Assembly: GCA_034723415.1 (NCBI GenBank)
Contig: JAYEOX010000082.1
Coordinates: 9,553-43,122, forward strand
DNA length: 33,570 bases
From: Fidelibacterota bacterium
GTDB taxonomy: Bacteria; Fidelibacterota; Fidelibacteria; Fidelibacterales; Fidelibacteraceae
Reading direction: 5' to 3'
A program made the position numbers and the translations under genes. The notes beneath the pieces were generated by a model. The model was not told the origin of the DNA, did no database searches, and saw only the letters and a list, made by a program, of their open reading frames with translations. Of this stretch, positions 10,987 to 18,864 are shown one piece after another. Every line of letters begins with the position of its first letter. Within the stretch, counting starts at the first letter, position 1.

Positions 10987-10988
10987 AA

Positions 10989-11933
10989 ATGTATAGAAAA
11001 AAAATTAAAAAAATTAGAAATAAAATTATAAAATTAGTTTTATTTATTTCTATTGGTATTAACGGGTTGATTGCGGTCGAAACAGGTGGATATGCAGGAG
11101 CATATTTACGAATGCCAGCTGATGCAAGAGCTGCAGCGTTGGGAAATAGTTTAGGTGGAATTCTTAATGATATAACCGGTATCTATGAAAATCCGGCTAA
11201 TGTTCCATTCTTAAAAAGCAAACAATTTACAAGTTCTTTCCAGTTCCTTTCATTGGACAGGTCTCATAGTATGGTAGGTTTTGGAACAAATTTGGAACCA
11301 ACTGCCGGAATATCTGTTATTTGGATACATGCCGGTGTAGATGAAATTGAGGGCAGAAATTATTCCAATAATTTTACCAAAATGTATAGCACAAGTCAAG
11401 ATGCTATATATACAACTTTTGGAATTAAAATATTAGATGAATTATCATTAGGTGCTACAGCAAAAATACTTTATGATAAATTACCGAATGCAACTTCCTC
11501 AGGATTTGGCATAGATTTAGGAATTACAATTGTCCCATTACAAAATTTAATAATTGGGATAGCTGCTAAGGATATTTCAGGAAAAGTTAAATGGGATACG
11601 GGAGATTATTTTGAGTATAAAATGCAAAGAGAAGATAAATTCCCACAATTGTATAATGTGAATGTTTCTTATAATTATAAAGATAAGATCTTATTTTCTG
11701 GTGCATTCAAAGGCAGTAATACTATTGATCCTACTTATCATTACGGAGTGGAGGTAAATGTTATTCCACATTTTATTATTAGAGGTGGAATTGATGATGA
11801 AATGCCGGTATTTGGTCTCGGTACAGAATATAAAGCTTGGAATAATATAATAATGAGGATAGATTACGCTTTTCTTTTCGGAAGATATGAAGAGGGAGTA
11901 AGTCATATTTTTACATGGAATTTTAAATTTTAA
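10989..11933 (+). CDS. PorV/PorQ-family outer-membrane beta-barrel (T9SS shuttle-like)
   Basis: YLRMPADARAAALG and YENPA N-terminal motifs, GFGIDLG, terminal F. The ORF track opens at TTG 10959 but ATG 10989 is more likely. Confidence 0.8.
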   Translation: MYRKKIKKIRNKIIKLVLFISIGINGLIAVETGGYAGAYLRMPADARAAALGNSLGGILNDITGIYENPANVPFLKSKQFTSSFQFLSLDRSHSMVGFGTNLEPTAGISVIWIHAGVDEIEGRNYSNNFTKMYSTSQDAIYTTFGIKILDELSLGATAKILYDKLPNATSSGFGIDLGITIVPLQNLIIGIAAKDISGKVKWDTGDYFEYKMQREDKFPQLYNVNVSYNYKDKILFSGAFKGSNTIDPTYHYGVEVNVIPHFIIRGGIDDEMPVFGLGTEYKAWNNIIMRIDYAFLFGRYEEGVSHIFTWNFKF

Positions 11934-11955
11934 TATATATATTATAGGAAGAATT

Positions 11956-12780
11956 ATGAAAAAAAATATTAAATTTCTTTTAATTATGCTTGTGATAACT
12001 TGTAGTGTTGGTTCCAATTTATTGGCGAATTTTGGGTTGCCGGGATTGTCACTACCGAACGATATTTTAACAGGATATAATTATGATTTGGTCTCAATGT
12101 TAAAACATAGTAAAGTCAGTAAAAAATTATTTTATGCCGCTTATTCTCCTTGGATGTATGACACAAAATATTCTGTGATAAATTATTCATTCGGAGATGG
12201 ATTTGTTGGATTCAAGGGATTATTATCAGATGAAATAGAAATACGAGGTGAACAGCCAACTGATGAACCGGCAGGTGAAACACAGTATCATAATTTTGCT
12301 TTCGGCGGTGGAAAGTTTTTTAAGATAGATAAGTTGACAATAGGAATTTCCGCAAATGTTCTTTTTGAAAAATTATATTACCAAAGTGCTTGGGGATTTT
12401 CGGTTAATTCATTGTTTAAATATGATTTTAACGAATTTTTTAAACCGTATGCAGGAGTTGATAATTTAGGAAAGATAGAGAAATTAGCAGAAGAACCAAC
12501 AGCATTACCTACTAAATATTTTGTTGGTAATGAATATGATTTTAAAAATATTAAAGTTAGAGCATCTCTGGGAATGGATAATGATCAAGAAGTATTTTAT
12601 AGATTAGGTGCTTATTATTTTAATAAATATGGAATAATTTCAACAGGATATTCGTCTTATGAAAAAGTATGGCATTATGGAATACAAGTATTTATTAAAA
12701 ATTATACAATTGGATTTGGGCAATTTATTAATACAGAAGAATTAAAATCTCCTTTTATGTTTTCTATTGCAATTAAATAA
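11956..12780 (+). CDS. Divergent PorV/PorQ-like beta-barrel paralogue
   Basis: Signal peptide; DEIEIR..PTDEP.G, EKLY..SAWG and DNLG....L.EE...LP segments resemble the PorV/PorQ family; amphipathic strands; tandem with the preceding gene. Confidence 0.55.
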   Translation: MKKNIKFLLIMLVITCSVGSNLLANFGLPGLSLPNDILTGYNYDLVSMLKHSKVSKKLFYAAYSPWMYDTKYSVINYSFGDGFVGFKGLLSDEIEIRGEQPTDEPAGETQYHNFAFGGGKFFKIDKLTIGISANVLFEKLYYQSAWGFSVNSLFKYDFNEFFKPYAGVDNLGKIEKLAEEPTALPTKYFVGNEYDFKNIKVRASLGMDNDQEVFYRLGAYYFNKYGIISTGYSSYEKVWHYGIQVFIKNYTIGFGQFINTEELKSPFMFSIAIK

Positions 12781-12835
12781 AATAACTAATCGATTAAAAA
12801 AATTTTTACAAAGGAAATGATTAATAAAAAATCAT

Positions 12836-12864
12836 TTGCAATTCTAAAAAAATAAAACTAATAT
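12836..12864 (+). promoter_or_regulatory. Candidate sigma70 promoter for the B12 leader
   Basis: TTGCAA-N17-TAATAT ending about 15 nt before the riboswitch; the AT-rich background lowers specificity. Confidence 0.4.
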
Positions 12865-12879
12865 ATAAAAGATTTTTGA

Positions 12880-13066
12880 AATAGTTATATGCAAGGGAAG
12901 TTCGTGAAAATCGAACACAGTCGCGCTACTGTAATCGGTGACGATTCTGACAATTAACCACTGTTCCAATATTGGAATGGGAAGGAGTCAGATAGGATGA
13001 GCCGGAAGTCAGGACATCTTGGTATAATTTTTTGCTTAAGAATTTCGCGAAAAAAGGAGGAAGCAG
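12880..13066 (+). ncRNA. Cobalamin (B12) riboswitch
   Basis: AGGGAA; P4 GTTCG-TGAAAAT-CGAAC; CAG..GCTACTGTAA; CCACTG-hairpin-TGGGAAGG; B12-box-like AAGTCAGGACATCT; P1 12883-12895/13018-13029; lies directly upstream of a TonB-dependent receptor. Confidence 0.92.
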
Positions 13067-13068
13067 TT

Positions 13069-13143
13069 GTGAATATAGTTTTTGACATATTCAATTTTAA
13101 TCAGTTTGGGTTGTTTGTAAATAATAAAAGTATTTTTATCTGA
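13069..13143 (+). CDS. Putative 24-aa leader peptide translationally coupled to btuB
   Basis: AGGAGG (13055-13060) 8 nt before GTG 13069; frame is open to TGA 13141-13143, which overlaps the btuB ATG (TGATG). Confidence 0.45.
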   Translation: MNIVFDIFNFNQFGLFVNNKSIFI

Positions 13144-15221
13144 TGTTTTATACAAAAAAAATATTTTTATTGATTTTTGTTCTAATTAGTTTTGCATTTT
13201 CATTATCAAATTATAATTCAGGTAAAGTTGTCGATGAAAATCAAAACGGAATTCCAGTTGTCTATATTCATGATTTAAATAAAAATATTTGGCAAATTAC
13301 AGATTCTGATGGGAATTTTTATCTAAATAGATCTTTTCAAGTTAGTGATACTTTAGAATTTATCCACATCGGTTATTATTCAAAGAAAATTATTTTAAAT
13401 GGCAAGAACCAAAGTTTAATTATCTCTTTAAATCCAAAAACACTACAATTATCGGAGATAACTTATACAAAAAACATAGAAAAATCAGCAAAGAATAATG
13501 AAGTTAAAATTGTTAAAAATGAATATTCTTCAAATTCTGAAACGAAAAATATTATACGAAAATTACCGGGGATTACGATTAAAAGTTATGGCGGGTCTGC
13601 CGGGATCTCTTCCATTAGTATTGACGGAGGAACTTCAACACACACAAAAATTTTGGTCGATGGATTTGATTTGACAAATTCTCAAAATAGTCAGATGGAT
13701 ATTTCACAATTGCCTGCTCCGTTCATAAAATCAATTCATTTTTCTAATTACGATATTAATAAATACGGTTCCGGGAGTATTGATGGAGTTGTGGATTTTA
13801 AACCTTGGACGAATTCAAATTCAGTAACGATCGGCTACGGTAGTTTTGGACATTTGTCAAGCAATATGAAAATAAATTTTTATCATAAGAAAATTTCAAC
13901 CGATTTCCTGATTGGATATAGAAAAGATGAGGGAAATTATTCCTATAGCTGGAAGGATAATAATTATGAGAGAAAAAATAACGATTTTGAACAGAAATAT
14001 TTTTCCGGTCGTGTCAGTACAATTTTAACAAAGAGAGTTTATGCAAAATTATTTCTTTTGAGAACAGAACAGGATCGTGGAGTAGCCGGACAAAAATGGT
14101 CACCAAATTTATCAGCAAGACGAAAAGATAATTTATTAGCATCTGCATTTACACTTGGTTGGAATTCTAGAAAAGGACATGGAAAATTTGATTTGATCTA
14201 TCGCAATTCTGACAATGATTATTCCAATCCAAATATTAATGTGAATAGTTATTTTAAAAATATTACAACAGAAGGGAAGTTAAATCAGGACTATAATTTT
14301 TCTGAAAAAATTAAATTAATTGGAAATTTATCATTAAAAAATGAAGTGTTGAAAATGAATAAAACAAATTTACACAAAAGGATTTTATCAAAAAATACAT
14401 TTTCAATTTTGTACAAACCGATCAAAAATATTGAACTTAAACCGACTGCAAATTATGAATTTTCGCCAAATAATTTTGACAAAGTAAGTTACAGCTTTGG
14501 AACTACGATTTTTTCAACAACGAAATTATTAAGATCTATTTCACTTCATTATGCAAATCTATATAGGTTTCCATCTTTTAATGATATGTATTGGGAGCCG
14601 GGAGGGAATCCGGAATTACGAACAGAAGAAACAGATGTAATTAACTGTTCTTCGAAATTTAAGTTAAATAATTTTGCAGAAATCAGTGTAAATTTATTCT
14701 ACAAAAATAGTAGAGATCTGATACAATGGATGCCACAACAATCGTATTGGCAACCGGAAAATATCGCTAAAACAATTCGTTACGGATATAAAATTTCATT
14801 CGATTGGGATTATGATCCACTTAATTTAGTTGGGAATTTTCATTATGATCATTTGGTAAGTAAAAATCGAGTAAAAGGAAATTATTACAATAAATCGCTT
14901 CGATATGCACCGGAAAATATTGCATCTTTTAATATTCAATGGCAACCGAAAAGAGCAAATGTAAATTTACAAATTGATTACACCGATGAACAAATTTCAC
15001 TTTATAGTTATCCCGAAGATGTAATTTTAGAACCATTCATTCTCATTAATTCTAGTTTTGGATATTCGTTAGATATTTTAAAAAGAAATGTGATTGCGGT
15101 TATTTCTGTAGAAAATGTTTTAAATAAAGAATACGAAACAATTTACGGTTATCCGGAACCGTTGAGATTGTATAAATTAACATTAACTTATAATTTTAAA
15201 AAAGGGAATAAAAAATTATGA
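13143..15221 (+). CDS. btuB: TonB-dependent receptor, probable vitamin B12 transporter
   Basis: N-terminal carboxypeptidase-regulatory-like domain, plug motif LPGITIKSYGG, YRFPSFNDMYW, ENVLNKEYE; lies under a cobalamin riboswitch. Confidence 0.85.
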   Translation: MFYTKKIFLLIFVLISFAFSLSNYNSGKVVDENQNGIPVVYIHDLNKNIWQITDSDGNFYLNRSFQVSDTLEFIHIGYYSKKIILNGKNQSLIISLNPKTLQLSEITYTKNIEKSAKNNEVKIVKNEYSSNSETKNIIRKLPGITIKSYGGSAGISSISIDGGTSTHTKILVDGFDLTNSQNSQMDISQLPAPFIKSIHFSNYDINKYGSGSIDGVVDFKPWTNSNSVTIGYGSFGHLSSNMKINFYHKKISTDFLIGYRKDEGNYSYSWKDNNYERKNNDFEQKYFSGRVSTILTKRVYAKLFLLRTEQDRGVAGQKWSPNLSARRKDNLLASAFTLGWNSRKGHGKFDLIYRNSDNDYSNPNINVNSYFKNITTEGKLNQDYNFSEKIKLIGNLSLKNEVLKMNKTNLHKRILSKNTFSILYKPIKNIELKPTANYEFSPNNFDKVSYSFGTTIFSTTKLLRSISLHYANLYRFPSFNDMYWEPGGNPELRTEETDVINCSSKFKLNNFAEISVNLFYKNSRDLIQWMPQQSYWQPENIAKTIRYGYKISFDWDYDPLNLVGNFHYDHLVSKNRVKGNYYNKSLRYAPENIASFNIQWQPKRANVNLQIDYTDEQISLYSYPEDVILEPFILINSSFGYSLDILKRNVIAVISVENVLNKEYETIYGYPEPLRLYKLTLTYNFKKGNKKL

Positions 15222-16249
15222 AAAAGTTTAGTTTGTTTTTAATAATTATTTTTTCGTTGATGGTATTGCTATTTAATGGTTGTACAGATCCGAAAGAGAC
15301 CCAAAATGATGATTTGCCGAAATATTTCATTCTTTGTGAAGGGAATTTTCAGCAATCGAATTCCTCTTTGTGGGGAATTAATGAAGATTTAGACAGTTTG
15401 ACAGGTTCTATTTATTGGAATAATGAAAATCCACTTGGCGATGTTGGACAGAGCTTGGCAATTAAAGATGGCCGATTATTTATTGTGATGAATAATTCTC
15501 ATTCATTGGAAATTATGGATGTTTCGTTAGACGATTCATTGCTATTTGAAACTTCTATTGATCTGTCGGGAATGAGTCCAAGATACATAGCGTTTGACGA
15601 TAATAATGCTTTTGTAAGTGCTTGGGGAATACAGGGGATCGCTGTTATCAATCTGCAAACTTATGAAATTACAGATACAATTTCTGTGAATGGGTTGCCG
15701 GAGGATTTGATTTATAAAGACGGCAAATTATTTGTTGCATTAAATATGAATCTGTATTGGGGATCAGAAAATAAAGTATTGGAAATTACATTAAATCCCA
15801 CGCCAATGATCACCGATACTTTTGAAGTGTTGAACGGACCTGAGAAATTTTTATTAGATGAGGATGATCTTTTTGTAACAAATATTCATTACGATGCTTC
15901 CTATAATTCAATTGTTGGTATTTCAAAAATTAAATTATTGGATGAAACAGTAGTTACAAATGAACATGGTGCAGGTGCTTCCGCTTCCGATATAATCAAA
16001 TTAGATGGAAAAATTTATCAGAGTTTTAATGGAAATATTCATCTTTTGAATTCCGATTTATCTTTGAAAGTTGCTAATGAATTTGGAGATATTTCCAACA
16101 TTTATAGCATGTGGACAGATGATGAATTTGTTTTTATCGGACAGAGTGATTATATCGCTCCGGATACTGTAATAGTAGTAGAATCAAATGGGAATGTGAA
16201 AAATACTTTTACTGTTGGTGCTTTGCCGGGAGCTTTTATAAAAAAATAG
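15218..16249 (+). CDS. BtuG-like (YncE-type) beta-propeller lipoprotein, probably B12-binding
   Basis: Lipobox FNGC; ILCEGNF..SNSSL, LGDVGQS, IVMNNS and SPRYI motifs; start overlaps the btuB stop. Confidence 0.8.
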   Translation: MKKFSLFLIIIFSLMVLLFNGCTDPKETQNDDLPKYFILCEGNFQQSNSSLWGINEDLDSLTGSIYWNNENPLGDVGQSLAIKDGRLFIVMNNSHSLEIMDVSLDDSLLFETSIDLSGMSPRYIAFDDNNAFVSAWGIQGIAVINLQTYEITDTISVNGLPEDLIYKDGKLFVALNMNLYWGSENKVLEITLNPTPMITDTFEVLNGPEKFLLDEDDLFVTNIHYDASYNSIVGISKIKLLDETVVTNEHGAGASASDIIKLDGKIYQSFNGNIHLLNSDLSLKVANEFGDISNIYSMWTDDEFVFIGQSDYIAPDTVIVVESNGNVKNTFTVGALPGAFIKK

Positions 16250-16860
16250 AGCAACCCACATTTCAACAATCTCAGTGCAGGCAGAGGTCACAAGGAAAAG
16301 TTTAGAGAGTTAGAAATTTTTGCCACGAAAATGCACGAAAAAGATTTCAGGCAAAAGATTTCACGCAAAGCCCGCAAAGAAGCAAAGAACGCAAAGATGT
16401 TTTAAGTTTGCAAGGAATAAATATAAATAGCAACGAACAAAAACGAGCAGAAATTTGATATGGATAGATGAAATAAAACCAAATCAAAATCCAGATTTTA
16501 GTCCAAAATAATTGACAATTAGCAAGGGAGCAAGCTCCCTTGTCAGATGTTGTAGAAGAGAATAACGAATATCGATTAACGAATAATGGTTTTGGAAAGA
16601 AAAATTGACTAATAGCAGCATTTATGTTGGTGACAGATAGCAACCAAACTAAGATTGGGTTTTAGCCCAAGATAATTTTCAATTGTTGAACATCCAGTAT
16701 TTATTAGTGTATTCGTGGCAATATTTTAGTTTCGCTCAATGTCTGGCTCAACCTCAACCTCAACCTGAATATCATCTTAGCGACTTTGCGTCTTTGCGAG
16801 AGTTTTTTTGTGGCTTGACCCCGGCGAGCGAGAAACCCAAAAAAATAATTTTTATTTTGA
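16250..16860. repeat. Mosaic spacer of short-period repeat arms and palindromes
   Basis: GCAAAG x4 (16361-16398) with inverted CTTWGCG x3 (16774-16801); TTGCCACGAA (16320-16329) with perfect inverse (16712-16721); (CTCAAC)x3 at 16747-16766; hairpins at 16523-16542 and 16655-16670. Confidence 0.85.
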
Positions 16861-16920
16861 GAATGTAGTTAATACTTCTTAATATTAGAAAGAATTTATT
16901 TTGAATATAAAAGGAAAGTA

Positions 16921-17697
16921 ATGAAAGAATTTGATGAACTATTAGATATCATTCGGAAGCTCAGAGGAAAAGATGGTTGCCCATGGGATAAAAAGCAGGA
17001 TGCAGAATCGCTTATTCCATATTTTATTGAAGAGATTTATGAAGTTATTGATGCAATTGATAATAACAATTATATCTCACTTCAAAAAGAGCTTGGTGAT
17101 GTGCTTTTGCATGTTGGATTTCAGATGATTTTAGCTGAAGAAAAAGGGGAGTTTATTCCAAGAGAATCTTTAGAATCAATAAATAAAAAAATGATAACCA
17201 GACATCCGCATGTGTTTGGTAATAAAGAATTTTCATCTCAAGATAAATTATTGAATTTTTGGGAAAAGCAAAAATTAGTTGAAGGTAGAAAAAAGTTACT
17301 CGATGGAATTCCTGAAACTTTACCATCTTTACATAGAGCATTGAGAATTCAAGAAAAAGTTGCAACAGTTGGATTTGAATGGGATGAAATTGAGAGTGTA
17401 GTTGACAAAATAGATGAAGAAATTTTAGAACTAAAACAGGCCATTAAAAACAAAAATTCTGCTGAAGTAGAAGATGAATTTGGTGATTTATTATTTACAT
17501 TTGTAAACATAAGTCGTTACATAAAAGTAAATCCTGACGAAGCATTGAGAAAATCAACAAAGAAATTTGTGGACAGATTTAATAAATTGGAGAAATATTT
17601 TAATGATAAGAAAATAAATATGCAAGATGTTGAGATTGAAGAATTGGAAAGAATTTGGCATAAAGTTAAAAAAGAAAATTTGAAAAATAAAAAATAA
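16921..17697 (+). CDS. mazG: Nucleoside triphosphate pyrophosphohydrolase MazG (tandem-domain)
   Basis: LRGKDGCPWD, EEIYE, ELGDVL, RHPHVF and EDEFGDLLF motifs. Confidence 0.95.
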   Translation: MKEFDELLDIIRKLRGKDGCPWDKKQDAESLIPYFIEEIYEVIDAIDNNNYISLQKELGDVLLHVGFQMILAEEKGEFIPRESLESINKKMITRHPHVFGNKEFSSQDKLLNFWEKQKLVEGRKKLLDGIPETLPSLHRALRIQEKVATVGFEWDEIESVVDKIDEEILELKQAIKNKNSAEVEDEFGDLLFTFVNISRYIKVNPDEALRKSTKKFVDRFNKLEKYFNDKKINMQDVEIEELERIWHKVKKENLKNKK

Positions 17698-17712
17698 TAG
17701 TATGGGAAATAA

Positions 17713-18594
17713 ATGAAAAATATTTTAGAAAGAATAAAAAATGGTGAAATTTTAGTTGGTGATGGTGCTATCGGAACACAAATTCAGAAATATTATTCAG
17801 GCGATATTAGTGTTCCAGAATTGTTAAATGTAGAAGCACCTGGGATTATTGAAAGAATTGCAAAAGAATATTTTCAAGCAGGGGCAGATTTAATAGAGAC
17901 AAATACATTCGGCGGTTCGGGAATGAAACTCGCTGATTCTCAAAATTCTAAACGACTGGAAGAATTGAATTCTGCCGGAGTAGAAATAGTAAAAAAAATC
18001 ACAAATGGAAAATCATATATTTCAGGTTCAGTTGGTCCATCAGGAAAAATGTTAGAACCAATGGGCGATGGAAATCCCGAAGAGATAAAAAACGGATTTA
18101 AAAAACAGGTTAAAGTATTAATTGAAAGCGGTGTTGATGTGATTTGTATTGAGACGATGATTGATTTGGAAGAGGCGGTTTTGGCTGTTAATGCAACTCG
18201 CGAAGTATCAAAATCAATTCCCATAATTACAACTATGACATTCAATAAGACACCGAGAGGTTTTTTTACGATTATGGGAAATAATATCGAATCCGTAAGT
18301 GAAACTTTAGAAAAAGCCGGTGCAGATATTATTGGGTCAAATTGTGGAAATGGATTTGAAAAAATGGTTGAAATTGCAAAAGAATTCAAAGAACATTCTG
18401 ATCTGCCAATTATAATCCAATCAAATGCAGGGCAACCTGTTAATAAAAATGGTAAGATAATTTATTTAGAATCACCGGAATTTTTTGCAGAAAAGACAGA
18501 GGAATTAATTGAGATTGGAGTGTCAGTAATTGGCGGTTGTTGTGGAACGACACCTGAACATATTAAAGCGATGAGGGATGTAATTGGAAATTAG
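17713..18594 (+). CDS. Stand-alone homocysteine S-methyltransferase domain (N-terminal module of MetH)
   Basis: DGAIGT, AGADLIETNTFG, GSVGPSG, IETM, and Zn ligands GSNC and GGCCGTTPEHI. Confidence 0.9.
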   Translation: MKNILERIKNGEILVGDGAIGTQIQKYYSGDISVPELLNVEAPGIIERIAKEYFQAGADLIETNTFGGSGMKLADSQNSKRLEELNSAGVEIVKKITNGKSYISGSVGPSGKMLEPMGDGNPEEIKNGFKKQVKVLIESGVDVICIETMIDLEEAVLAVNATREVSKSIPIITTMTFNKTPRGFFTIMGNNIESVSETLEKAGADIIGSNCGNGFEKMVEIAKEFKEHSDLPIIIQSNAGQPVNKNGKIIYLESPEFFAEKTEELIEIGVSVIGGCCGTTPEHIKAMRDVIGN

Positions 18595-18667
18595 AAATTG
18601 GAAATTGGAGAAAAGCTTTATTGCGGAGATTGAGAGTTGCAGAGGAAGATTTGAGATTTGAATATGG
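18582..18667 (+). repeat. 7-nt and 8-nt period purine-rich tandem repeats overlapping the stop codon
   Basis: AATTGGA AATTAGA AATTGGA AATTGGA (18582-18609), then TTGCGGAG/ATTGAGAG/TTGCAGAG and AGATTTG x2. Confidence 0.7.
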
Positions 18668-18864
18668 AGTGCATTAACCGTGTTAATGAAAAAAACGAAG
18701 CTTTTTATGAAAAATTAATGATTATTAAATGGAACTAAAAAAATAATGTATAATATAAATTTTTTACAGGATTTATTTGAAATATCAAAGATATTTCATC
18801 ACATCAACATGGTTGATGTATTCCATAAATAATACAAATTCTAAATTAAGGATTAAAAATTAAA

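Noticed and set aside
16250..16860. CRISPR array
   Set aside because: No constant 23-47-nt repeat with regular unique spacers, and no cas genes in the window
16347..16868. ORFs 16347-16643 (-) and 16683-16868 (+)
   Set aside because: They are translations of the repeat arms (e.g. QPQPQP, DFASLR), with no RBS or recognisable domain
18672..18819. Hairpins CATTAAC/GTTAATG and ACATCAAC/GTTGATGT as terminators or operators
   Set aside because: Short stems with no sense-strand U-tract and no second copy, so no function can be supported
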